Shown here: one piece after another, positions 55,301-64,000 of the stretch
Numbering within the stretch: the stretch's first letter is position 1
Layout: each line of letters opens with the position of its first letter
Source: Nemertoderma westbladi
Taxonomy: Eukaryota > Animalia > Xenacoelomorpha
DNA: 64,000 nucleotides
Direction: 5' to 3'
Assembly (NCBI GenBank): GCA_032718475.1
Contig: JAUCBJ010003768.1
Span: forward strand, 44,963-108,962
Position numbers and translations under genes: made by a program
The notes under the pieces: model-generated
The model's database searches: none
The model's input: the letters and a program-made list of their open reading frames with translations, nothing else
Told to the model about the DNA's origin: nothing

Positions 55301-57117
55301 GTCCTCCGTTACCATAGTTACTTATAAGAATCATCCGTTACTATGGATACTTACAGGGGTCCCACCGTCATCCTTGGGTTCCTTCCAACTGAGTGTAACA
55401 GAATCTCGAGTTACGTCCGTCGCCTCTAGAGGGCTCTCCGGGGCTCCCGGCGCCCCCAGTATTACAACACCAAGTTCCCCTTCGGCGGACCCAACGGAAT
55501 TACGGAGTTCCACTTTGTACCGCCCGGTGTCGCTACGTTTAGTTTTCTCCATAATAAAGACGCATTTAGTAGTCTGAACATCAACCTGAAAAAATATTAT
55601 TATATTAAAATTAGTTAACAGATTGGTGTATCGCAGGTTAAGCGAGAAGGGATTGAACCAGTTCAATGAAAATAATGTATTCAAACGTGCAATAATTAAT
55701 TAATATAAATCGTTTGTTATTGGGAAATTATGGAAGCCGATTACGGTCACTAAACATATTAATGCAACCTAAAACGTATTTATATCATGCCACAACAACA
55801 TTATTGCGTGAATGCGACCAATTGCTTCACTGGGAATAGACTCACCGCAATTGCAGCAATGCATTCCATTGCAAGTCATATGAATGGCCAAGTCACGCAC
55901 ATTCCCGTCCTTTAGGTCTTGGTCTATTGTAGGTCTAACTAACTGTAGGCCTAATGCTGACTGTATTGTACCGGTACCGCTACTGCAATAACCAGATAAT
56001 TAAAACTGAAATATACTTTCAGAATGTGGCACAACAGCAAATTTGAATTCCCCACCACAACAGCCAAATATTCCAATACACATTGGCATTAACTTGAGTT
56101 CGCAATAATGTTATTGTGTAATGAAAATGACACAGGTACATACGTAAAACGGTAAAACGTACATAAATACGTTTTAGGTTGGACTAATATGTTTAGTGAC
56201 CGAAATGGGCTTCCATAGAAAATGACTATTAACCTTAGAAACCCCAGAACTATCTCAGAGGATACTGAAACTAATTTAGCTACAGTCATTGAATAAGAAT
56301 GCACGCCAGAGATGAACTCCGTCTAGAATTCGCACCGAAATTTAAATTCCCATTGCCACCATGCGGATCTGGTCTCGTTGACTTTTTTTGTTTTTAGTTT
56401 AAAAAATAAATTATTGAAATATGAGAAGAGTATTTAAGTATATTATATGACTATTATGATTATACCTTGAGTCTGCCGTCCTTTACTTCAGTTTCATGTA
56501 AATATAGGAATCCTTGAGGATTGGGGTTGGCCCAATAGACAACCTCTATACGTAATGTTTGGCCGGCCTTTAGTATAACGTCTTTGAGACTTCCCATATC
56601 GATCTTAGGTTTACCTATGTAAATAAAACGATAACATCTATAGTAAACGAATAAACAACGAAAGTAAATTATTATATAGTTCAAAAACAAAGAGCACCAA
56701 TTTAGCATTTATTACTTATTACGACACTTTGTAAACAATGGACAAACAAATTTACTTTACCTCTTGTAATCTTGCTTTAAAACCCGATCGTTAATAACAC
56801 GGGTCATGAAGCTAAGTTGCCATGGGTACACTTACGTTTACATTTAATAACATGGGACATGACGCTAGGTTGCCAAGGGTACACTTACGTTTACATTATT
56901 TAATAACATAGGACATGACGCTAGGTTGCCATGGGTACACTTACGTTTACATTTAATAACATGGGACATGGCGCTAGGTTGGCCTGGACCAGCCTCATTG
57001 GCGGCGGCGACACGGAACTGATACTCAAGGTCAGAATCAACACCCTCAACGGTGAACTCGAGTTCCGGGGTCGGCGAGGAATTTACCGGAATCCATTTCT
57101 TAGATGATTTATCAAAT
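25211..57117 (-). CDS. Titin/twitchin-family giant Ig/FN3 muscle protein, partial gene span (20 exons in window, about 3,750 aa)
   Basis: All exons have AG/GT ends and consecutive phases fit. Typical FN3 (W.PP..DGGS.I.GY.VEK, Y.FRV.A.N..G) and I-set Ig (G.P.P...W, D.G.Y...L.N..G) motifs. No start, kinase domain or stop in window. Confidence 0.93.
25675..25746 (-). tRNA. tRNA-His(GTG), intronic; T-loop variant
   Basis: GCCTGGATAGTATAGTGGTTAGTACTTTGCGTTGTGGCCGCAAAAACCCCGGCTCGAATCCGGGTCCAGGCA; stems pair, GTG anticodon, followed by a T-rich terminator; GGCTCGA instead of GGTTCGA. Confidence 0.8.
25943..26110 (+). mobile_element. Short L2-like LINE/SINE 3' end with 15-bp TSD
   Basis: AGCGCTTTGAA...AAAGGCGCTATATAAAT stem-loop and AT tail; flanked by TGGGGCGAGCCACGA at 25928-25942 and 26111-26125. 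Confidence 0.6.
27108..27407 (-). CDS. Titin-like exon (FN3)
   Basis: DAPGPPGGPLDV...TAKNPF; phase 1-1. Confidence 0.92.
27891..28172 (-). CDS. Titin-like exon (Ig)
   Basis: SAPVFDMSNIKDITL...CNVIVL; phase 1-1. Confidence 0.92.
28296..28456 (-). CDS. Titin-like exon (FN3 C-terminal half; absent from ORF track)
   Basis: RWMKVNNQPVNATELDISDVDEGKTYEFRVIAVNAAGGSEPG...IKDPD; phase 2-1. Confidence 0.9.
28675..29858. repeat. 31-bp minisatellite abutting, and resembling, the exon donor junction
   Basis: Unit CTCACCTAACATTGTGACTACCAAATACATT, about 38 copies. Confidence 0.95.
29859..31627 (-). CDS. Titin-like large exon (Ig end-Fn-Fn-Fn-Ig-Fn-Fn start)
   Basis: IDNSPDVTIV...KKELGST(R); 1769 nt, phase 0-2. 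Confidence 0.93.
31702..32156 (+). mobile_element. 5'-truncated intronic copy of the same RTE LINE
   Basis: Near-identical to about 14233-14722 except a 27-bp deletion; (TAG)n tail; TSD ACTGTAAAG at 31693-31701 and 32157-32165. Confidence 0.92.
32436..32674 (-). CDS. Titin-like exon (FN3 end, Ig start)
   Basis: GHEYEFRVLAENEAG...SGADCK; phase 1-0. Confidence 0.92.
33119..34044 (-). CDS. Titin-like exon A4 (Fn end-Ig-Fn-Fn)
   Basis: RCSEPKC...VDGLEP; 926 nt, phase 2-1. Confidence 0.93.
34315..35830. mobile_element. Probable non-autonomous element (Helentron/HINE-like start, embedded tRNA-like segment at about 34453-34525)
   Basis: Tandem 40-bp start TTAGGTCCGCGTAGCGAGACCTCTAGTATTCACTC x2, (GTT)n tract, then AGTGGCTCAGTTGGCAGAGCG A box. 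Right boundary is a guess. Confidence 0.35.
36215..37408 (-). CDS. Titin-like exon B3 (Fn end-Ig-Fn-Fn-Fn start)
   Basis: 1194 nt, phase 2-2. Confidence 0.93.
37544..38404 (-). CDS. Titin-like exon A3
   Basis: 861 nt, phase 2-2. Confidence 0.93.
39174..40367 (-). CDS. Titin-like exon B2
   Basis: 1194 nt, phase 2-2. Confidence 0.93.
40496..41356 (-). CDS. Titin-like exon A2
   Basis: 861 nt, phase 2-2. Confidence 0.93.
42047..43240 (-). CDS. Titin-like exon B1
   Basis: 1194 nt, phase 2-2. Confidence 0.93.
43373..44233 (-). CDS. Titin-like exon A1
   Basis: 861 nt, phase 2-2. Confidence 0.93.
44361..44517 (-). CDS. Titin-like exon (FN3 N-terminal half; absent from ORF track)
   Basis: AMCSSPGQPEVDDVTDNSIALHWSKPEDDGGGKISGYLVEKKKPDGEWEECA(R); phase 1-2. 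Confidence 0.9.
44666..44832 (-). CDS. Titin-like exon (FN3 C-terminal half; absent from ORF track)
   Basis: TGRWSKCNKAPVTTLEYTATDLFEGSEYQFRISAQNDAGIG...ARYPI; phase 2-1. Confidence 0.9.
44970..46040. repeat. 28-bp minisatellite (GGGACATACTTTCACGGGACCTAGAGA[A/C])
   Basis: About 35 copies, degenerate at the edges; a lone diverged unit lies at 46111-46140, 12 nt into the intron. Confidence 0.96.
46153..46288 (-). CDS. Titin-like exon (FN3 N-terminal half)
   Basis: DEPDAPSKPDVIDTTPTTITVTWKPPENDGGNPISGYWIEKRDKN; phase 1-2. Confidence 0.9.
46603..47264. repeat. 39-bp tandem array of exon end plus splice donor
   Basis: Minus-strand unit TGGTTAAACTACCATACG|GTAAGTTATTCATAATCATAT versus exon end TGGTCAAATTACCATACG|GTACGTTATTCATAA. 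Confidence 0.96.
47265..47466 (-). CDS. Titin-like exon (FN3 C-terminal half)
   Basis: ITNYIVEKFDIKAKKW...VKLPY; phase 0-1. Confidence 0.92.
48002..54907. repeat. 6.9-kb intronic satellite built of 12-bp units (GTAACTCTATTG / GTTACTGTATTT)
   Basis: Direct repetition with 24-bp dimers and an 1837-bp higher-order duplication. Confidence 0.97.
55228..55354. repeat. Decayed 29-30 bp tandem array of exon end plus donor (4 copies)
   Basis: Minus-strand copies ACGGAGGATTCCT-ATAAGTA versus exon end ACGGTGGGACCCCT|GTAAGTA. Confidence 0.75.
55355..55585 (-). CDS. Titin-like exon (Ig end, FN3 start)
   Basis: VDVQTTKC...DDGGTP; phase 0-0. Confidence 0.92.
56466..56614 (-). CDS. Titin-like exon (Ig start)
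   Basis: RKPKIDMGSLKDVILKAG...DGRLK; phase 1-0. Confidence 0.9.
56790..56944. repeat. 53-56 bp tandem copies of exon end plus donor
   Basis: CAACCTAGCG(C/T)CATGTCCCATGTTATTAAATGTAAAC|GTAAGTGTACCC repeated; donors at 56944, 56888 and 56835. Confidence 0.92.
56945..57117 (-). CDS. Titin-like exon (FN3 C-terminal half)
   Basis: (K)FDKSSKKWIPVN...YQFRVAAANEAGPG...VIKCK; phase 2-1. Confidence 0.9.
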
Positions 57118-57416
57118 CTAAAACAAATTATAAATAACATACTCTCGTATTTATTGTTTACTTATAACTTATTGTTAATTAGTTTTGTTTTGTTTTTATT
57201 ATGGGCGTCGGTTAGCCCGGAATGATATTAAATAATAATAAAATTTCCTTATGTATGTATATGCCATATATCCCATCTAATTATCCTATATCTACACCAG
57301 TATCCATTCTACCTATATGTCTACTCTAATATTTATTATAATTTTCCTAAATGTTTACTCCAGTATTTATTATAGCTATTACTATTTAATATATACACCA
57401 TGTCCCGGAACATAGT

Positions 57417-58425
57417 TGTGAGGAACGGCGCAGAGTTGAGAGAGAAAGGGAGAGGGAGAGACTGCACCTGTTCCGCCGGTTCTTACCAAAGTGAGAGGGC
57501 TGTTAGACACCTCCCGTAAGAGTTCGATGTGAAGTTGAGGTGAAAAACAAGTAGAGATCGTTGAGAATTGCCGGAACTATATATTATTAGAATCAGTTTG
57601 GAGTTAAAAGAAAAGTCAGGGGCTTCCGCGAGCAGAGGGTGAAGAAGGTAAGGAAAGTGAGAAAACAGGCCCTTTTATAGCCAGACATTATGCAAATCGG
57701 GATCGGAACGTACTGGATGCTGATTGGTCGGAGCTACTGGTTGGCCAAGTAGTTACGTTTCGATCCTATTGCACCTATGGGCTGGCAAGGGCAGGAGGTT
57801 GATGACATGGGTAATGTGACATAGAAACGTATCGGCGTTAGGCAAACCAAACGTGACACCACAGGACAAACCTATACGTTTGGATCCTATTTAGAAGTGA
57901 ATGTCTGTCTCTCCAATCAATATCCTTGGCGGACAATCAAAGATTACTTTTGTATTATTTAATTTAATATTTAACCACACCGAGTTGGAATAATTATTTT
58001 AACGACCTACGAATTATTTCAGTTCCGGGACTCATACTCAATCAGACTTTTATGGATTTTAAATGCATTTTAAATATTTTGTTCATTCACATATTGTCAT
58101 TTTACTTCAAACCTTATATCTGTCGTAATGGTGACCGGACACTCCCCCCCCCCCCCCCCCCGTGCGGGTGGAACGCTTCCCTCCCGGGCACTCCCCCCCC
58201 GAATGGGGGCGGGGGATGCCCGGGTGTGGGGGACTGCCCGGGGGGGGGGGGGGGGGGGGGGGGTGTCCTAGATCCATCGTAATCTGTGCGAATACGTTTG
58301 TGTCTATAACGTGCATTTCATAATTGTTTTTATTGTCAGTTTATCTGAATTAAACTAATGAATTGAATTGAATTGTGAGACTGAAACGTGATCCCACTGA
58401 ACAACCCTACACGAGATTATTCACA
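57417..58425 (-). mobile_element. Probable solo LTR inserted in the MITE arm
   Basis: TGTGA...TCACA termini interrupt the MITE consensus ATAGT|GTCGTAATT; minus-strand TATA (GGCTATAAAAGGG) and CCAAT; TSD imperfect. Confidence 0.55.
58130..58275. mobile_element. Small GC-rich MITE with 8-bp TSD
   Basis: GGTGACCGGACAC-poly C ... poly G-GTGTCCTAGATCC; flanks GTCGTAAT / ATCGTAAT. Confidence 0.55.
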
Positions 58426-59102
58426 ATTGCCGTAATTGACACGGCCCCCATCCCCATACCCCCCCCCCCCCTAAATTGTTATACAAATCTTGATGAGATT
58501 GCATGAAAATTGAAATAGAGAGAGTTTCACTTCCCGACAACTTACTGGGTTAGCCAGAATTTTTATTTTTGTTGGTACCAATGGAAATCTGGCCGTGCAA
58601 GTATTCCAATTATGTAACCCCATCTGAATTTCATTGAAAAATAGCTGAGATACGGGCGTTCAAAATTTGCATCTGCGCGAGGCTATTTTATTATATTTAA
58701 TAAATACACCATATTCTAGAACATTGTATTAATGTATGTATGTACATAATATATGTATAATCTGTATAATATATCTGTATTATCTGTATAATATATACAT
58801 ATACACCCTGTCCCAGAATATAGTGTCGTAATTCAGTTAAATCTGGCCCTCCAAGGATTTCAAATATTTAACGCAATTTGAATTTCGTTGAAAAATAGCT
58901 GAGATATGAGCCTTCAAATGTTGCATGGTTATGCACCTGCGCGAGGCTATTTTATTCTATTTAATAAATGCATCATATTCTGGAATATTTTTTTTATCCA
59001 AATACGTAGCTGGGCAACAATGCATTACATCTTTATCATACTATTACGTAGCTATTCATACATTTAAAAAAGGAACATTTTGTTAATGTATGAATAAGTA
59101 TA

Positions 59103-59948
59103 CACCATGACCCGTAATATAGTGTCATTTTCTGATGACACGGACCCTCCCCCCCCCCCCCCAAATTTTCCTACAAATCTTTATCATATTGCTTGAAATT
59201 TGAAACATAATTAGTTCAACTCACCGTGGTTGTTACCATGAAGCCGAAATTTTCGATTTCGCCTTTAAATTTTATTTACAAGCGTTTTAAAAAAGTGTCT
59301 TTTGCGAAATCGCACCCTCTGTATCATTGCCATTCTTCACGTTAGTCGTAAGCAAAAGTATGTAATGAAAGCGAATGTAGGCATTCAAAGATTGCAAGAA
59401 TTATTGTTCACTGCAGGCCATTTATTCTATTTAATAAATACACAATATTCTGGAACAATTTGTTTATGTATGATTATAGCTACGCAATATAGATATTGTA
59501 TAGGCGTACCGCTGTTGCCAACCAACTCATAAAATAAAACACGTTCTAGAATTTTGTGTATTTATTAAATAGAATAAATGGCTTGCAGCGAACAATAATT
59601 CTTGCAATCTTTGAACGCCTATTTCTCAGCTGTTTCTCAATGAAATTCAGATATTGCTACATATTTGGAATCCTTTCAACGCAAGCTTTCTATTGATGTG
59701 AAAAAATTACGACTAAAGTGAAGAATGGCAATGATACAGAGGGTGCGATTTCGCAAAAGACACTTTTTTAAAACGCTCATAAATAAAATTTAACGGCGAA
59801 ATCAATCGAAAATTCCGGCTTCATGGTAACAACCACAGTGAGTTGAACTAGTTGTGTTTCAAATATGATAAAGATTTGTAGAACAATTTGTGGGGGGGGG
59901 GGGGGGTCCGTGTCATCAGAAAATGACACTATATAAAGGGTCATGGTG
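59103..59948. mobile_element. Complete palindromic MITE (related subfamily) in the 3' UTR of the CRE-like element
   Basis: TA|CACCATGACCC...GGGTCATGGTG|TA with long (about 350-400 bp) inverted arms. Confidence 0.85.
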
Positions 59949-60573
59949 TAATATAATAATATCAAACATTGATGAAGTAAGAGTAGGGACAAGGTAGATG
60001 ATACCGGTAATTACTATTGATTCTAATTAAATTTAAGAAAGTTATAGTTGAAGGAAGAATGGATGGAGATGGAGAATCCCAACGAAGGCGACTCAACCCT
60101 GTTTAAAAGCTCCCTGCAAGGTTGATGCCGCGTAGGCCCGCGTCGTCGCCGAACCCCAATCCACGCCATGGTCGTCGACCTCGACCGCCGCGCAGGCAGA
60201 GCGAGCTGGATCGAAGGAGCGCAAACAGAAGCCTCCGGCGAATACCTCGGCGAGATGGCGGAGCAGGATCTGGGTCTCGAGGCACCAAACACCATCGGTT
60301 GTACCGACCAGTGGGGTGAACTCCATCCTCCGTTCCTCGCAGATAGACCGGTAGTGATTCTTCTTGAAGCGGCAACGCGCCTCAAGCAGCGAATCTGTCG
60401 AGCGGTTGGTCTGGGCGTAAGAGGTGGCGTCAGCGTTGATAACAGCAATGTCGAACGACGCAACTCTCTGATTGGCCCAGGCCCCGCGAGCTACCAGGTC
60501 TGCACGCACTCCCCCTACCTCGCGACCCTCCCTGTCCAGGTGACCACGAGAAAGAGTCACCTCCCGCTCGACA

Positions 60574-61143
60574 CTGGATGGTCCTACCACCTCTGGATGG
60601 TCCTACCACCTCTGGATGGTCCTACCACCTCTGGATGGTCCTACCACCTCTGGATGGTCCTACCACCTCTGGATGGTCCTACCACCTCTGGATGGTCCTA
60701 CCACCTCTGGATGGTCCTACCACCTCTGGATGGTCCTACCACCTCTGGATGGTCCTACCACCTCTGGATGGTCCTACCACCTCTGGATGGTCCTACCACC
60801 TCTGGATGGTCCTACCACCTCTGGATGGTCCTACCACCTCTGGATGGTCCTACCACCTCTGGATGGTCCTACCACCTCTGGATGGTCCTACCACCTCTGG
60901 ATGGTCCTACCACCTCTGGATGGTCCTACCACCTCTGGATGGTCCTACCACCTCTGGATGGTCCTACCACCTCTGGATGGTCCTACCACCTCTGGATGGT
61001 CCTACCACCTCTGGATGGTCCTACCACCTCTGGATGGTCCTACCACCTCTGGATGGTCCTACCACCTCTGGATGGTCCTACCACCTCTGGATGGTCCTAC
61101 CACCTCTGGATGGTCCTACCACCTCTGGATGGTCCTACCACCT
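60574..61143. repeat. Perfect 19-bp minisatellite x30 (CTGGATGGTCCTACCACCT) inside the endonuclease ORF
   Basis: 570 bp = 30 x 19; no variant unit seen. Confidence 0.97.
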
Positions 61144-62544
61144 CTGCCAGGAGGTCTCCGAAAACTTCGCGGACCCCGTCGTGCCGCTTTATAATGAGTC
61201 CGCCAGACTTACAGCTTACAGCGCATGCCGATGTTGAGAACGCGCTCCCGCACCCTTCGCACCTAGCTGGAAGACCCGGCGGGGTTAGGCCGTACCGTAG
61301 AGCCAGACCATCGCGAAACTCATCAGGGCTCAAGTCGGTGTGGTCTACGGATGGATGGTTGCGCTGTTATCCAACCCCCGATCTTATTGGACACGGCACG
61401 TTCAACAGGTCTTTTGCAGCCAGGAGGTAGAGTCGACAGAACTGTAGTCTGCTGCAGCTTGAAGGCATGGTCTTGGGCTAGCTTGTGGGTCTTCAGCACT
61501 TCACGGAGATGTAACTCGTGGTCCGCCATGTAGAGTGGCTGTCAGGATAGTATAGCCGCCGTCACCAGAAAAGTACCGTCGATGGATACATTTAAAAAAT
61601 GTTCCAGAATATGGTTTATTTATTAAATAGAATAAAATAGCCTCGCGCCGGTGCAAAACCATGCAACATTTGAACGCTCATATCTCAGCTATTTTTCAAC
61701 GAAATTCAAATTGTGTTACATATTTGGAATCCTTGCATGGCCAGCTTTCCATTGGTACCAACAAACAGCTATAAGGCAGAAGAATAACTGCGGTGTAACT
61801 GGTGTAATATCGCTGGAGACACCTTTTTTAAACGCTTGTAGCTAAAGATTGAAAGCAAAAATAAAAATTCTGGCTCACCCAGTCAGTGGTCGGGAGGTGA
61901 AACTATCTCTGTTTCAAATTTCATGCAATCTCATTACGATTTGTAGAAATATTAGGGGGGGGGGGGGGTGTCACTGAATTACGACACTATATTCTGGGAC
62001 ATGGTGTTGTACATAAGAGTATGATTAAAGAAGCATTGCATTGTTGCCCAGCTACGTATTGGATATACAAAATGTTCCAGAATATGGTGTAATAATTAAA
62101 TAGAATAAAATAGCCTCGCGCAGATGCAAAACCATGCAAATTTTAAACGCTGATATCTCAGCTATTTTACGACGAAATTTCGATTGTATTACATATTTGG
62201 AATCCTTTCACAACCAGCTTTCTGGCTGGTTGTGCAGCCAAACAAACAAATTACTATAAGGGTGAATAACCAAACAAACAAACAAATTACTATAAGGGTG
62301 AATAATAACTGCGGTGGGATTGGTGTAATATCACCGGAGACACTTTTTTTAAACGCTTGTAGCCACATAATGACAGCAGATATAAAAATTCTGGCTCACA
62401 CAATAAGTAGTCGGGAAGTGAAACTGTCTCTGTTTCAAATTTCATGCAATCTCATTAAGATTTGTAGAAACATTTGGGGGGGGGGGGGGGGGGGTGGTCG
62501 TGACATTGAATTAGGACACTATATTCCGGGGCATGGTGTATATA

Positions 62545-64000
62545 AGTCTACTCCAGTATTTATTTTACTTATATATATCTACTCCAGTATGAATTCTACT
62601 TATATATATCTACTCCAGTATTTATTCTACTTATATATATATCTGCTTCAGTACTTATTCTACTTATATATATATCTACTTCAATACTTATTCTACTTAT
62701 ATATATCTACTCCAGTATATATTATACTTATATATATCTACTTCAGTACTTATTCTACTTATATATATCCACTCCAGTATTTATTCTACTTATATATATC
62801 TACTTCAGTACTTATTCTACTTATATATATCTACTCCAGTATGAATTCTACTTACTTCTCCAATAGATATCCCTCGATCGGGCGAACTACTTATATATAT
62901 CTACTCCAGTATGAATTCTACTTACTTCTCCAATAGATATCCCTCGATCGGGCGACCTACTTATATATATCTACTCCAGTATGAATTCTACTTACTTCTC
63001 CAATAAATATCCCTCGATCGGGCGACCTACTTATATATATCTACTCCAGTATATATTCTACTTATATATATCTACTCCAGTATGAATTCTACTTATATAT
63101 ATCTACTCCAGTATTTATTCTACTTATATATATATCTGCTTCAGTACTTATTCTACTTATATATATATCTACTTCAATACTTATTCTACTTATATATATC
63201 TACTCCAGTATATATTATACTTATATATATCTACTTCAGTACTTATTCTACTTATATATATCCACTCCAGTATTTATTCTACTTATATATATCTACTTCA
63301 GTACTTATTCTACTTATATATATCTACTCCAGTATGAATTCTACTTACTTCTCCAATAGATATCCCTCGATCGGGCGAACTACTTATATATATCTACTCC
63401 AGTATGAATTCTACTTACTTCTCCAATAGATATCCCTCGATCGGGCGACCTACTTATATATATCTACTCCAGTATGAATTCTACTTACTTCTCCAATAAA
63501 TATCCCTCGATCGGGCGACCTACTTATATATATCTACTCCAGTATATATTCTACTTATATATATCTACTCCAGTATGAATTCTACTTACTTCTCCAATAG
63601 ATATCCCTCGATCGGGCGACCTACTTATATATATCTACTCCAGTATGAATTATACTTACTTCTCCAATAGATATCCCTCGATCGGGCGACCTACTTATAT
63701 ATATCTACTCCAGTAAGAATTCTACTTATATATATCTACTCCAGTATGTATTCTACTTACTTCTCCAATAGATATCCCTCGATCGGGCGACCTACTTATA
63801 TATATCTACTCCAGTAAGAATTCTACTTATATATATCTACTCCAGTATGTATTCTACTTACTTCTCCAATAGATATCCCTCGATCGGGCGACCTACTTAT
63901 ATATATCTACTCCAGTATATATTATACTTATATATATCTACTCCAGTATGTATTCTACTTACTTCTCCAATAGATATCCCTCGATCGGGCGACCTACTTA
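62545..64000. repeat. Composite array: 70-bp exon-end plus donor units (11 copies) mixed with 31-35 bp intron-only units
   Basis: Minus strand GGTCGCCCGATCGAGGGATATCTATTGGAGAA|GTAAGTAGAAT (GRPIEGYLLEK); 493-bp higher-order duplication; runs off the window. Confidence 0.95.

Larger units (their letters stand above)
59072..61585 (-). mobile_element. 5'-truncated CRE-like non-LTR retrotransposon (zinc motif plus restriction-like endonuclease)
   Basis: RDGLALRYG..P..CEGCG..F...CKSGG...RHDGVR, VERE, RADL..RG.W, FDIAV, KKNHY, FTPLV.TTDG; perfect 14-bp TSD ATACATTTAAAAAA (59058-59071, 61586-61599). Confidence 0.82.
58804..62006. mobile_element. Second MITE copy, inserted in the core of the first in opposite orientation
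   Basis: CACCCTGTCCCAGAATATAGTGTCGT ... ACGACACTATATTCTGGGACATGGTG; its core is the reverse complement of the outer copy's core. Confidence 0.7.
57396..62538. mobile_element. Outer copy of a long-TIR, TA-flanked MITE (CACCATGTCCC... termini) containing nested insertions
   Basis: TA|CACCATGTCCCGGAA at left, TTCCGGGGCATGGTG|TA at right; arms 58426-58730 and 62060-62538 are inverted homologues. Confidence 0.7.

Noticed and set aside
60168-61430. Plus-strand ORFs with MVLPPLDGPTTSGWSYHLW repeats
   Set aside because: Translation of the 19-bp array, antisense to the retrotransposon ORF.
1540-64000. CRISPR arrays among the 26-39 bp repeats
   Set aside because: Units are head-to-tail with no unique spacers, there are no cas genes, and the context is eukaryotic.

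Overview
Repeat-rich animal (invertebrate-like) genomic DNA, not prokaryotic. The minus strand from 57117 to 25211 carries 20 phase-consistent exons (about 11.2 kb CDS, about 3,750 aa) of a giant titin/twitchin-family Ig/FN3 muscle protein. It is built on a 7-domain Ig-Fn-Fn-Ig-Fn-Fn-Fn super-repeat; 3.5 copies are almost identical at the DNA level while the long introns between them are unalignable. The gene is open at both ends of the identified stretch. The most striking pattern is that five introns begin with tandem arrays copied from the adjacent exon end plus its 5' splice donor, creating stacks of decoy donors. Positions 1-25 kb hold piggyBac-type MITEs in a TTAA-rich satellite, a truncated BEL/Pao LTR element, an RTE LINE fragment, a Polinton-like PolB pseudogene, a hAT MITE, an orphan zinc-knuckle ORF and a hammerhead-ribozyme retrozyme (3 x 340 nt, with inverted 5' end and target duplication). 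One intron (57.4-62.5 kb) is a multi-level nest of MITEs, a solo LTR and a CRE-type non-LTR fragment. All coordinates were read by eye; no database searches were run.
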